Origin: a bacterium
Lineage (GTDB): Bacteria > Zhuqueibacterota > Zhuqueibacteria > Residuimicrobiales > Krinioviventaceae
NCBI GenBank assembly: GCA_963675755.2
Contig: CAXXMD010000003.1
Location: 672,001-736,000 of the forward strand
Length of the DNA stretch: 64,000 bases
Reading direction: 5' to 3'
Part shown: piece after piece, positions 10,684 through 20,845 of the stretch
Layout of the letters: every line of letters starts with the position of its first letter
How positions within the stretch are numbered: position 1 is the stretch's first letter
Program-made: the position numbers and the translations under genes
The notes under the pieces: model-generated
The model's input: only the letters and a program-made list of their open reading frames with translations
Database searches by the model: none
What the model was told of the DNA's origin: nothing

Positions 10684-12243
10684 TTACTTTACCAGCAGCA
10701 ATCTTTCTTCACCGGCGGAGAGTTTAACAGGCAGTCCCTCATGCAATGCCTTGCCGGTGGTGGTTGTTTTGGATTTGTTCGAGACGTCTTTAACCACATA
10801 GTCCTTGTCTGATTCTACCGTGAACCACTCGGGCAGGGTGTTCATGCGCGGCCAGTCGTATGCAAATCCCATATATTCGCGGTACCGGGGGATATCAAAA
10901 ACCAGTGTACCGGACCATTCCTTGTCCGCTTTTAGAACAATGGCCAGGCCGTCCTCGGTTTCACTGGCACCGAGTTTCAGGTCCTGCCGCCAGGGACGTG
11001 CAATAACGCCGCGGGTATGCATGAACGCGTGCATCAGGGTGGTACGCACACCATTGGATTGCAATTTCATGGTGCCCCAGAGCTTGGCGGTTTGTAACGG
11101 TTCATTTGCATAAACCACATTGGCCGCCATCTCCTGGTCTACCCAGGCGAATCCCTCGGGTACCGGAAGCCGGTTGAGCATGTATATGGCCCCCTCAATA
11201 GAGTCCGCAAATCCGTCTATACTCTCTCCTTCCCAGGGATAATTGGTATAAAAAGGTTTGGCCAGGTTTTTCAATGTCTGCTCCATATGCGCGCGATACA
11301 CCGATTGTTTGGCCACCATGTCATAACACAAATAGCCCACATAATTATATCCCCAGCCGTCGCTCAGGTGCGCATTGTCTTTTTGATCAAAAGTATTGTA
11401 CATGATTCCGTCTTCATTAATGCCACTTTCCAGAATGGTATCCAGCATTTTTTTGATCAATGGTTGATACACACGGGCTTTATCCGGATTGTGGACCGAT
11501 TCCACTCCAAGCAGCAATCCGAGTCCTCCAATAATCTCGCAGCCATGGTCGCGCAAGCGATTGGGGACAAAATCGCCGGGCAGCAGATAATAGTCTGCCA
11601 GCCGCTCTGCCCACTCTAAATATTTTTTCTCGCCGGTCATGGTGTAGAGTCTTGCCAGCGCCTGAAGCTGCTCTCCATTGACTTCAATGTTTTTAGAAGG
11701 GATCTTGCCGTAATCGGTATCGTATTTGGCGTATTTCCAGATATCATCCTCAATGTCGCGCATCCGATCAAACCACTCGTCCTTGCCGGTGATCTCTACA
11801 ATGGCAATCAGCCCGTCTTTGACGTATTCCGAGGCCTGGAACATCATCTCGTCATAATCTAATTCTATTTTCTTTTTATTCTCATAATCATAGGGAACGG
11901 GGATGCGGTCCAGTTCGTTGCAAAGCTTTTGTTCCGCATGAAGGATATCCCGCACCGGACCGTTGAGAGCGTCCTGGTCCACAATATACGCTGCCCAGGT
12001 CAAAAAAGGATAACAGTCCGCGGCAGTATCTCGATAGTTCCATTTGCCATCGGCAATATAGAGGCCTGTGCCGGGATCAATGCGTTCCAGCGCCACCTCG
12101 TGCAGCCAGCGATGTACCTTGCTGAGCGAGTAGCCGGCAATCTCGGATGATTGACGGGCTGTCTCAAAATCATAGCTTTTACTGCATGAAAAAATAAATA
12201 CCAATGTGAAAATTAATAAAATGTGCAGATACTTCATTTCCAT
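10684..12243 (-). CDS. Lipoprotein, probable (alpha/alpha)6 barrel (glycosidase-like), function unknown
   Basis: Lipobox-like IFSC; LARLYTMTGEKKYLEWAERLAD helical-hairpin repeat; AGGAG SD. Confidence 0.7.
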   Translation of the reverse strand: MEMKYLHILLIFTLVFIFSCSKSYDFETARQSSEIAGYSLSKVHRWLHEVALERIDPGTGLYIADGKWNYRDTAADCYPFLTWAAYIVDQDALNGPVRDILHAEQKLCNELDRIPVPYDYENKKKIELDYDEMMFQASEYVKDGLIAIVEITGKDEWFDRMRDIEDDIWKYAKYDTDYGKIPSKNIEVNGEQLQALARLYTMTGEKKYLEWAERLADYYLLPGDFVPNRLRDHGCEIIGGLGLLLGVESVHNPDKARVYQPLIKKMLDTILESGINEDGIMYNTFDQKDNAHLSDGWGYNYVGYLCYDMVAKQSVYRAHMEQTLKNLAKPFYTNYPWEGESIDGFADSIEGAIYMLNRLPVPEGFAWVDQEMAANVVYANEPLQTAKLWGTMKLQSNGVRTTLMHAFMHTRGVIARPWRQDLKLGASETEDGLAIVLKADKEWSGTLVFDIPRYREYMGFAYDWPRMNTLPEWFTVESDKDYVVKDVSNKSKTTTTGKALHEGLPVKLSAGEERLLLVK

Positions 12244-12359
12244 CTCCTCCCGATCAGGTTATGTTATAAAAGAATAGCAAATTGAAGGCAATAAAGCAAG
12301 TGCAATATCTTTAGTTCTTTCAGGATGTGGATTGGCGCACACTTAAAAACTGAACCACA

Positions 12360-13160
12360 AAGCCGCCAAGAACGCAAAGGGATAAAATCAAGTTCGGTGA
12401 AATCGTATTAAAAGAAAGATTAAAATAAACCACAGATGAACGCAGATAAAATCACTTGACGGATTGTGACGGTGAGCATCTCTTTCATGATAATAAATAT
12501 TGCATACCTGACGGCATGCGAATACATTTTTTTAATTTTCTACAAATATTTTATCCCTAACGGGATAATTTCAATACGACCTATTTACGAATTTGTGAGT
12601 GCCGATTTAGCATTTATAGGCCCCGTCAGGGGCCAAATATTTGTAGCATCCGGTCTCCAAACCCTTCGCGTCCCATAGGGACGCAATCTGGGATTATGAT
12701 AAAAATTTTAGATTTTTGACACCGAGTAAAAAAAATCTTTAACTACAAGGCCGGAGTCCTGGAATGAGGATTAAAGCCGCCAAGTACAAAAGGGAAAAAT
12801 GAACCACAGATAAACGCAGATTAAACCACTTGACGGATTGTGACGGTGAGCATCTCTTTCATGATAAAAATATTGCATACCTGACGGCATGCGAATACAT
12901 TTTTTTAAATTTTCTACAAATATTATATCCCTAACGGGATAATTTCAATACGCCTATTTACGAATTTGTGAGTGCCGATTTAGCTTTCATCGGCCCCGTC
13001 AGGGGCCAAATATTTGTAGCATCCGGTCTCCAAACCTTTCGCGTCCCATAGGGACGCAATCAGGGATTATGAACAAGATTTTAGATTTTTAACCCCGAGT
13101 AAAAAATAAATTCTTTTACTACAAGGCCGGAGCCTTGGAATGAGGATTAAAGCCGCAAAG
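12360..13160. repeat. Tandem direct duplication of a ~374-bp unit built from inverted REP-like hairpins
   Basis: Copies start at about 12428 and 12802 (AACCACAGAT.AACGCAGAT...). Each carries GCATACCTGACGGCATGC, CTACAAATATT..ATCCCTAACGGGAT, GGCCCCGTCAGGGGCCAAATATTTGTAG and GCGTCCCATAGGGACGC. Confidence 0.9.
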
Positions 13161-13177
13161 CGACAAGTCGGTCCCTG

Positions 13178-13225
13178 CCCTTCGACAAGCCCTTCGATAA
13201 ACTCAGGACAAGCTCAGGAACCGTG
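13178..13225. repeat. Nested CCCTTCGAC(A)AGCTCAGG-type REP-like element
   Basis: CCCTTCGACAAGC-CCTTCGATAAACTCAGG-ACAAGCTCAGGAACCG. A related CCCTTCGATAC...ACTCAG element lies at about 63363-63410. Confidence 0.55.
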
Positions 13226-13399
13226 TCAGATAAAGACAGACGTATCGAAGGGCCGACGCAGTGTAAAAAGTACAAATATGAAACGAGATATAAACAAGGA
13301 TTGACTGATCGTGACAGAGATAATCTCTGTCACGATTATAAGGATTCTTTCAAGGCTGGAGCCTTGGAACGAGGGTTAAGCATAATGCTTTTTCATTAT

Positions 13400-14464
13400 C
13401 TAATTGCTGGTTATAAATTTCTTGTACAATGCGTCAATGCGAGCCGATGTTGGCAAGGTACTGTTAAAAATCACAACCTGGTTCTTGAATGTAACGGATT
13501 TGCCTTTTTCAAGAACAAAATTAAATTGCTCAGCGCCATTTGTATAAATGTTGCTGCCCATGGGGTTCACACCATACAATCCATAATCCCTTGCCATCCA
13601 ATGCGGGGGATAGTTGATGTTATCGGGATGAGCAAAGATACAGATAGAGATACTGTCATTCTCTACATAACCGGAAAGCCGCATCCATTTGGCGCGTTTG
13701 CCCCAAACTTCCGGGTACCCCTGCAATCCATTGCTGTTTAAATACTGTCCGGTCACACCTTTTTTATCCACGACCGCGCTATCCGCCGGCTGCAGGTTCT
13801 CATCAAAAAGAAGGGTAGGACTATCTGAGGGGATCTCTAACTCGCGTCTTACCCGCATGGCAAAGGTGCCCTGCTTGGAATCCCGAAACAGCACATCAAC
13901 ATTGGGAGCGGTAAGGGTGGTCACATGTGTTATGATGCGCTTGTTTTCATCTCCACTGAAAGTATAGTGCGTTTGCTCATCAATAAAATGCTCTCCCGCA
14001 TCACTGATCCATTTCTTTGTTACTTCCAGTGTTCCGGTATCTCCGGATTCTATCCTCCCAAATTTTACATGATGAATCTTGCCATATAGCGCGCCGGGCT
14101 TTTTGGGTATTACGCCGCTGTTCCAAAAATCCACGCCGTTCACATCACCATGATTGAACCACAATCCGTAATGATGGGGATGGTCCATGCGCTCACCGGG
14201 TTTGGTCGCCAAAGGATACCCGCGGGTGATGCGTATTTCGCTCGCGGTCAGCAGCGGAAAAAGGACCGGTTTTTTCAATATAGTATCCGCATACATATAA
14301 GAGGTAAAATATTTTCCGTCGATGAAAATATCCAGCTTGTTCTGCGATTCATTTTGCACCAGGGAAACATGATCAGATTTTGCTTTAGTAGAAGATTGGC
14401 AGGAAACAAGGACGAACAGGATTGATAAAATCAAGCAAAGATACGCTATTGTCTTTTTCATCAA
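13400..14464 (-). CDS. PmoA-like/DUF6807-type lipoprotein (not a methane monooxygenase)
   Basis: Lipobox LVSC; KPVLFPL, DHPHHYGLWFNHGDVNG and WMARDYGL motifs. Confidence 0.8.
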   Translation of the reverse strand: MMKKTIAYLCLILSILFVLVSCQSSTKAKSDHVSLVQNESQNKLDIFIDGKYFTSYMYADTILKKPVLFPLLTASEIRITRGYPLATKPGERMDHPHHYGLWFNHGDVNGVDFWNSGVIPKKPGALYGKIHHVKFGRIESGDTGTLEVTKKWISDAGEHFIDEQTHYTFSGDENKRIITHVTTLTAPNVDVLFRDSKQGTFAMRVRRELEIPSDSPTLLFDENLQPADSAVVDKKGVTGQYLNSNGLQGYPEVWGKRAKWMRLSGYVENDSISICIFAHPDNINYPPHWMARDYGLYGVNPMGSNIYTNGAEQFNFVLEKGKSVTFKNQVVIFNSTLPTSARIDALYKKFITSN

Positions 14465-14619
14465 AATTCACTCCCGAATATGGATTACTACAAAATTGCC
14501 GGTCTAGAACGGTTCAAGAACCGTTCACACCAGAATAAACTGAAAAGACCTGTACGGTATTCTCAAATTAACAATTTGTATTTAGAAATCAATAAAAATC
14601 TAGGAATTGACTGGCGGCT

Positions 14620-15678
14620 CTACTCCCCTGAGCCAAAAGGTCCCGGCAGGCCATAAATTGATTTAACTTTATCCATTACACCGGGTGTCAAAAATCGCTC
14701 ATAAAGGATATTTGCCTTGGCCTCAAACTCGGCAATAGACCGGTCAGTCAAAGCATAAGCAAGATAAAACGCGTTCACCAGAACCGTCTCGTAATTTTCT
14801 CCATAAAGCCGGGTGGGATACAGTTCATACATGTTTTCAAATCCACCTAAAAAGCCATAGGTTTTCAGGTCCTTTTGTACCTGAGCTTTACAGGCCTTGT
14901 CAATACATATCACATCCGGGGACCATATTGCCAACTGTTCTATATTGATATTGACGGGATTGGTGGATTTTGCCTGCAATCCGCTCGCAACATTTTCAAT
15001 GCCCAGCAATTGAAACGGCGTAAAAGCACCCTGTGTGGAGGTAATGCCCTGGCGGCCCTTGAATATCAATCCGCCAATGTACGCGGATACATCCTTGAAC
15101 TGATTCTGCTCTGCAATTTTAGACAATTCGGCAATCTGTTCATCCACAAATTGGATGAGGCTGTCGCACCGGTACTGACGGTCGAGTATATCTGCAATCA
15201 GACGCAGACAGTTGTCAAAATCCTGACGACGATCATACAAATCCCCGCAGGTAATATTAATGACCGGAATACCGGTTTTGTCCTGCAAGGTATTAACAGC
15301 CTGAGGACTCCCATCCGCGTAAAATATAACCTGCGGCGCGGCCTTCAGCAACAACTCGGGATCCCCCTTGGCGCCCATGCCAATGGATGGCAGTTGTTTT
15401 AAATACGGATACGCCAGCAAATAGGGACGCGCATGCTCTGTCTTTTTACGCTCCGGAAACTCTACGCCTACTACAGCTTTCGCGGCATGCAGATAACAAA
15501 CCATGCGCAGCGCCCCTCTGCCAATACAGGCAATACGGTCCACCTTCTCCGGGACCGTAACTGTACGACCACGCATGTCTGTTATGACAGATTCAGCAGA
15601 ATATGCACTGCTCACCAATAACAGGAGAACAGCAAGCACTTTAAAAGCAGTATATTTTGTTAATCGATTCATACTCAA
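14620..15678 (-). CDS. Class III (FecB/BtuF/TroA-like) metal-chelate ABC substrate-binding protein
   Basis: Signal peptide; ITDMRGRTVTVPEKVDRIACIG, RPYLLAYPYLKQLPSIG, DPELLL, INIEQLAIWSPDVI. Confidence 0.88.
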   Translation of the reverse strand: MSMNRLTKYTAFKVLAVLLLLVSSAYSAESVITDMRGRTVTVPEKVDRIACIGRGALRMVCYLHAAKAVVGVEFPERKKTEHARPYLLAYPYLKQLPSIGMGAKGDPELLLKAAPQVIFYADGSPQAVNTLQDKTGIPVINITCGDLYDRRQDFDNCLRLIADILDRQYRCDSLIQFVDEQIAELSKIAEQNQFKDVSAYIGGLIFKGRQGITSTQGAFTPFQLLGIENVASGLQAKSTNPVNINIEQLAIWSPDVICIDKACKAQVQKDLKTYGFLGGFENMYELYPTRLYGENYETVLVNAFYLAYALTDRSIAEFEAKANILYERFLTPGVMDKVKSIYGLPGPFGSGE

Positions 15679-16448
15679 TTACACACAATTTCTGAAAAAT
15701 TCGCAACACCGGGCATGGTCTCTACCAGCGGTAAAACGTCGTTATAATCCACATCATAGAGCTTTTCAATATTGGAGATGCTCAACACATCTTTGCCGCC
15801 CTTGGCTATCATTTTACCCGATTTTAACAATACCAGTTCGGTACAGTAGGCATAAGCGATAGAAATGTCATGCACGCTAATGACAATGGTTTTACCCGTT
15901 TCCGCAAGACGGCTGAGGATATTCATCACCTCTATCTTGTATTTCAGATCCAGATTGGCTGTGGGTTCGTCCATAATAATCACCGGGGTTTGTTGACTCA
16001 GCGCCTTGGCAATGCAGACACGCTGCCGCTGTCCACCGCTCAAGGTCTGCACCGGACGCATGGCCATATCTTCAAGCTCCAGTTCAGCCAGTACCTGAGA
16101 AACAATATCGATATCCTTACAAGAAGGATTCGATCCAAAATGGGGTTTACGGCCCAGCAGTACCGTTTCGAAAACGGTGCCGGTGCCAAACTGTTTGGTG
16201 TCCTGCGGAACATAGGCGGCAATGGCAGCCCGTTTGCGCGCACCCAGTTTGTGCATGGTCTTGCCGCAGATCTGAACATTTCCGGATATTACCGGTAAAA
16301 TACCGTGCATGCACTTTAACAGCGTGGTCTTGCCAGATCCGTTTGCGCCCAAAATACCACACAGATTTCCGGCAGCCACTGTGAACGATATATCCTGCAA
16401 TACCGGATTTTCGGTATATCCAAAGTCGAGTTTGCTCATGTGTATCAT
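15675..16448 (-). CDS. FecE/BtuD-like ABC ATPase
   Basis: Probable start MIHMSKLDF (16448); GANGSGKT, LSGGQRQR, IMDEPTANLD, SVHD. Confidence 0.92.
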   Translation of the reverse strand: MIHMSKLDFGYTENPVLQDISFTVAAGNLCGILGANGSGKTTLLKCMHGILPVISGNVQICGKTMHKLGARKRAAIAAYVPQDTKQFGTGTVFETVLLGRKPHFGSNPSCKDIDIVSQVLAELELEDMAMRPVQTLSGGQRQRVCIAKALSQQTPVIIMDEPTANLDLKYKIEVMNILSRLAETGKTIVISVHDISIAYAYCTELVLLKSGKMIAKGGKDVLSISNIEKLYDVDYNDVLPLVETMPGVANFSEIVCN

Positions 16449-16450
16449 AT

Positions 16451-17506
16451 CTATAGTCCTTTGTTCCTGATGAGCATAATGATAAAAAACGGAGCGCCAA
16501 AAAACGCAGTCACAATGCCTACAGGCAATATAACCGGTTGTAATACAAAACGCGCCAACGTGTCGGATAAGAGCAGAAACAATCCACCAAACACGGCACA
16601 TGCCGTAACCAGCATGGTCTGGCTTTTAAAAAAGTAACGGCAAAAGTGAGGGGCCAAAAGCCCAACAAAACTGATGATACCATATCCGGATACAATCATG
16701 GACGTCATGAGCGATGCCAAAAGCAAAACACGCAGACGGAACCGCGCCGGTTCTAAACCGCCTGCTTTGGCGGAATCATCACCGGATTGCAGCAGGGTAA
16801 AATCCCAGGTGTGCCGCACCATCCATATCAGAATCGGTAGAATGATCAATGCCTGTACCACAAGCATGGGATACGTGGCCCGCCCCGGATCGCCAAAGGT
16901 CCAGAATATGATCTCTGCAAGTTGACGGTCATTTGCAAAATATTGCAAAGCCGAGGTCAATGCACTGAACAGGCTGCTGGTCATAATACCTGCCAATACA
17001 ATAATAGAAGGACGACTGCCGCGGTGTTTCATCACCGTAATAATGATCAATACGGAAATCATACTAAACACAAATGCGGAAAAGCCTGAAAGCAGAGGCG
17101 TAATAAATGTAAAAGAACCCGGGTCCCAGGCAACCAGACTGCCCAGCATCCCGGAAGTCATAACCGATAAGGCCGCGCCAAAAGCAGCCGCGCCGGATAT
17201 ACCCAACGTAAAGGGAGAAGCCAGCGGATTTCGAAGCACGTTCTGCATTGACAGACCGCTTATGGATAATCCGGCGCCGGCCAAAACCGCCGCCATAATG
17301 CGCGGCATTCTGATTGACAAGAGCACCCGCCAGGCACTCGTGTCAGAGTTTATAAATAAAGACAAAATCGATAATTTTACCGGTCCCACATGAAGGGCAA
17401 GCAAAATACCAGCTGCAAGCAGCAAGGCCATGGCCCAGGTAATCCGGTACTGACGCCGCACCATTTCCGTATATTGTAATGCCGTATCTTTCATATTCAT
17501 TTCCAT
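16451..17506 (-). CDS. FecCD/BtuC-family ABC permease
   Basis: IRMPRI, MQNVLRNPLASPFTLGISGAA, GIISFVGLLAPH, LPVGIVTAFFGAPFF. Confidence 0.93.
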   Translation of the reverse strand: MEMNMKDTALQYTEMVRRQYRITWAMALLLAAGILLALHVGPVKLSILSLFINSDTSAWRVLLSIRMPRIMAAVLAGAGLSISGLSMQNVLRNPLASPFTLGISGAAAFGAALSVMTSGMLGSLVAWDPGSFTFITPLLSGFSAFVFSMISVLIIITVMKHRGSRPSIIVLAGIMTSSLFSALTSALQYFANDRQLAEIIFWTFGDPGRATYPMLVVQALIILPILIWMVRHTWDFTLLQSGDDSAKAGGLEPARFRLRVLLLASLMTSMIVSGYGIISFVGLLAPHFCRYFFKSQTMLVTACAVFGGLFLLLSDTLARFVLQPVILPVGIVTAFFGAPFFIIMLIRNKGL

Positions 17507-17507
17507 A

Positions 17508-19766
17508 TTAAATGGCCAGCGAGCAATACAGCCTCACATCCCGGCCTTTACCGGGAACAAAAGACTGAAACGCGTAATATTGGGTGTTCATAAAATTATT
17601 CACTACCAGCCGCACAACTGAATTGCCATAACGATGACGATATTTTACCCCAAGCATGAGCGAAAACAATGCATATTCCGGGGTCACATATGCATCATCC
17701 GGTAAACGGGTCTGCCGACTGTACTGCTGCACAGACAACATTGAACTCACATAGAGCTGCTTCGAGATTGAAAATCCATATCCCAGTTCTGCTTTGACAT
17801 GAAACGGCGGAATATAATCCAGAGGTTCATACAGTGTGCCTGAATCATATTCTGTAATGTCCGTTCCGTGCGTATATGCAGCTCCAAGGGAAAAGCGCAG
17901 CTCATCTGTGTTCCATAAAACATCATCGAGCTGGGTGCTTGCTTCAATCTCGCCGCCATAGATCTCGGCCCTGCCAATATTGACATATTCATAATTGAGA
18001 CCGGGCATATCGTATATAATTTCCTTGCTGATCATATTATCCAGCAGCCAATAAAACGGACTGATCTCGAACCGAAACATTGGGTGGCTGAACAGATATA
18101 CCAGATCAATATTGCGGCTATATTCCGGTATCAATTCGGGATTGCCGTACAGAATGCCGTTTGCGGTATATGTATCGCTGAACATTTCCTGCGGTGTGGG
18201 CATGCGAAACGCTTTTGCCAGATTGATTTTGACCCGGCTAAACGTGCCAAGTAAATACTGCGCCGCCAAGGCCCCGCTCAGCGCTCCGGTTTGAGTGCTC
18301 CGTTCCTGCTCCTGCTCTAAGCTGAACACATCGCCTTCATAAACAGTCGAATGATCATAACGAACACCACCCTGCAAGGACAAATGGCTTCCCGCCCGGT
18401 ATTTCAATTCCGCAAAACTGCCTGATGTTAAAGAACGTGCATTACGGCTCACCTGGTTTTCAAAATAATATCCGTTATAATAATCCGTTATATTCACCGG
18501 AGATGAAATGCTGAATCGGTAAAACTCGGCACCGTATTGCAGGGTCATATCTTTATTCAGCCTGAAAAGTGGCGTAACCTTGGCACCATACCAGGAATCA
18601 GAATACATGGTCAGTTCCTGATACGAGGGTGCTTTGGTACCGGCATTCAGATACAGTTTTTGCTGGTCTCTGTTCTCTCTGGCGTAATACACGGAAAAAG
18701 CGAGTTTTTCCAATACGCCACCCGGAGAATAATCGTAATGCATGCTATAATTATCACTGTTTTCCGCCAGCGTGTTGACATGCAGATAACGGGTGCCGCT
18801 GAATCCCACCGGTTTTCCCCACGGACCGCCACGATGCAGTTCGGCATACAGACGCAGTTCATGTGTGTTTGTATGCAGACCCGCGGCCGTGAACACGTCT
18901 TTATCGCCGTAAAAACTATTCACGGCCCTGCTGCCGTCAGCATAGTGATACACGCCGGCATTCCGGTCCCGGTACGCGCCTTTTAGCGCAAAGGTTCCGT
19001 TACTCCATCCCCCGCAATACAGTGTATTTTTTTCATTATTGTTCGATGCATAACCAGTGGTTACACGCGCGTTCAAACCCTTTTGCTTGAACGGAGATTT
19101 ATCAATCAAATTGATCACACCGGCAATAGCACCAGCCCCAAAAGTAACCGAAGCGGGGCCTTTTTCCACATCTACTTTTTCAAGATCATATATATTGACC
19201 ACATGAGACATAAATCCGGCAGGATAGCTGCTAAATCGACGGTTACCATTGCGTAGAATCAGCAATCGTTGTCCGCTTAACCCACGCAGTACAATGGGAG
19301 ACTGGTACGGATCTTTTACCACAATACCCGGTGTACGAACAAGCACCTCAGATGTGGTGGAAGGCACAATAGCCTCAATTTCTTTTTTGCTGATGGATCT
19401 TGCGGAAACCGTACTGCTGAAACGGATAGGTTGTTCAGCGGTAACGGTAATATCATCCGCCTGCAAGACTACCGGTTCCAGCTTGATAGTTGTTTCAGCA
19501 TCCGGTGTATTCACCATAAATGTAGCAGGTTTGTACTGAATGTGTTTTATCCACAATTCCACAGGGAACGAATCTGTTTTACAATTCAGGTTAAAACAAC
19601 CTGATGAATCAGTAACAACGCCTGTGCTGTCAAAAAGAACCTGAACATTGGCAATACCCTTGCCGGTACTGCTCTCGCACACCCTGCCGGTCAGAATATG
19701 CCGGGCAAATACACTGCCCGGTATCCATGCTAAAATCCATATCCATATCAAACATTTGCGTATCAT
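17508..19766 (-). CDS. TonB-dependent receptor (heme/cobalamin/metal-chelate type) with N-terminal CarboxypepD-like domain
   Basis: Signal peptide; plug motifs LRGLSGQRLLILRNG and VDVEKGPASVTFGAGAIAGVINLI; FRMPTPQEM, GNPELIPEYS, YVNIGRAEIYGGE, PGKGRDVRL. Confidence 0.9.
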   Translation of the reverse strand: MIRKCLIWIWILAWIPGSVFARHILTGRVCESSTGKGIANVQVLFDSTGVVTDSSGCFNLNCKTDSFPVELWIKHIQYKPATFMVNTPDAETTIKLEPVVLQADDITVTAEQPIRFSSTVSARSISKKEIEAIVPSTTSEVLVRTPGIVVKDPYQSPIVLRGLSGQRLLILRNGNRRFSSYPAGFMSHVVNIYDLEKVDVEKGPASVTFGAGAIAGVINLIDKSPFKQKGLNARVTTGYASNNNEKNTLYCGGWSNGTFALKGAYRDRNAGVYHYADGSRAVNSFYGDKDVFTAAGLHTNTHELRLYAELHRGGPWGKPVGFSGTRYLHVNTLAENSDNYSMHYDYSPGGVLEKLAFSVYYARENRDQQKLYLNAGTKAPSYQELTMYSDSWYGAKVTPLFRLNKDMTLQYGAEFYRFSISSPVNITDYYNGYYFENQVSRNARSLTSGSFAELKYRAGSHLSLQGGVRYDHSTVYEGDVFSLEQEQERSTQTGALSGALAAQYLLGTFSRVKINLAKAFRMPTPQEMFSDTYTANGILYGNPELIPEYSRNIDLVYLFSHPMFRFEISPFYWLLDNMISKEIIYDMPGLNYEYVNIGRAEIYGGEIEASTQLDDVLWNTDELRFSLGAAYTHGTDITEYDSGTLYEPLDYIPPFHVKAELGYGFSISKQLYVSSMLSVQQYSRQTRLPDDAYVTPEYALFSLMLGVKYRHRYGNSVVRLVVNNFMNTQYYAFQSFVPGKGRDVRLYCSLAI

Positions 19767-19799
19767 TTTCAATACAACCTGTTATATTCATTTCCAGTA

Positions 19800-20486
19800 T
19801 TATAATTCCAGCAACTGCCACATCACCGTGGTTTTTTGTTTATTCTCTCCGGAACCTTTGAATTGCGTTACCATAAACTTTACAAAGCTTCCCTCTACGG
19901 TTTGTACCAGAAATACAGGTTGTAAATCCTCTTCATTCTGATCTTCGGGTATGGATATAATACGTGTGCGGAACTTGTTGCCAATCACGCAACCATCATA
20001 CGCCGCCATGATCAGAGATTTGTCATAAAATCCGCTGTCATTGACGCAGGAATTGAAATCAATAGTAATATCAGAAGCCAGGCTGTCAAGCATTGCAGAC
20101 GTGATCTCGGTAAAAGAATTGAAATAATCAATTCCCGTTCCTGCCAGCATTGCCCGGGCTTCTTCTGCAAGTAGAATAGCGGGCGATCCTTCACTCTGGG
20201 TATCGCCCTTTTCATCCTCAAAATAAACCATAAGATTATAAAAGACAGCATCTGCAACAAATGCTTCCGGTGTACTGTCTCCAAAATAAGTAGTATCTGC
20301 ATATTCGCCATTATGGACAAAATCCAACCCCGCACCTGTACGGTTGATTTTAGGACTCCGTTCCAGTGCATAGGTTTTTAAGGAAAAATCTCCTTGAATT
20401 TCCGGTTCAGTTACCGTGTCATCTTTTGAGCATGAAAATGCCAACATCAAAATAAAAATCAATATAATATACAGTCGCGTTCTCAT
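19800..20486 (-). CDS. HmuY-like surface lipoprotein
   Basis: Start MRTRL after GAAAGGA; lipobox LAFSC-SKDD; C-terminal VFLVQTVEGSFVKFMVTQF...TTVMWQLL resembles the HmuY terminal hairpin; sits directly before a TBDR. The lipoprotein call is firmer than the family call. Confidence 0.6.
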   Translation of the reverse strand: MRTRLYIILIFILMLAFSCSKDDTVTEPEIQGDFSLKTYALERSPKINRTGAGLDFVHNGEYADTTYFGDSTPEAFVADAVFYNLMVYFEDEKGDTQSEGSPAILLAEEARAMLAGTGIDYFNSFTEITSAMLDSLASDITIDFNSCVNDSGFYDKSLIMAAYDGCVIGNKFRTRIISIPEDQNEEDLQPVFLVQTVEGSFVKFMVTQFKGSGENKQKTTVMWQLLEL

Positions 20487-20517
20487 ATCATGTCCTTTCT
20501 GAAAGTTACTACAGCAA

Positions 20518-20820
20518 TCAATCCAATAAATATTCACTGCACGCTTCACCCTCTTCCAGCGAATCTAGTATTTCATCAACTTTATCCTCATCAATGCCGC
20601 CATACCACCAGCCTTGAGGATATACAATCATGATCGGGCCTTTTTCACAGACTTTTAAACAACCTGTGCTCGATACCATGGCATCAAGACCTCTATCCAG
20701 GATTTCATTCTCTATAAATTGCAACAGACTTGCCGCGTCTTTTTTATTACAAATACCCTGCGGTTCACCGCTGATACGAAAGCTGTTACAAACAAATATA
20801 TGATATTCCGGTTTTTGCAT
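20518..20820 (-). CDS. Thioredoxin-like [2Fe-2S] ferredoxin, nif-associated
   Basis: HIFVC-x12-C...STGCLKVCEKGPIMIVYPQGWWYG. Confidence 0.92.
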   Translation of the reverse strand: MQKPEYHIFVCNSFRISGEPQGICNKKDAASLLQFIENEILDRGLDAMVSSTGCLKVCEKGPIMIVYPQGWWYGGIDEDKVDEILDSLEEGEACSEYLLD

Positions 20821-20845
20821 TTTCTCTCCAGCGTTTAATAATCAC

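Noticed and set aside
12360-13160. CRISPR array
   Set aside because: Two long near-identical units rather than short repeats with unique spacers; no cas genes in the window.
13400-14464. Particulate methane monooxygenase
   Set aside because: Soluble lipoprotein of the misleadingly named PmoA/DUF6807 type; no pmoB/C and no multi-TM profile.
19770-20520. Cobalamin/Moco riboswitch or Fur box ahead of the importer
   Set aside because: The spacers are only about 30 nt and no such motif was recognised.
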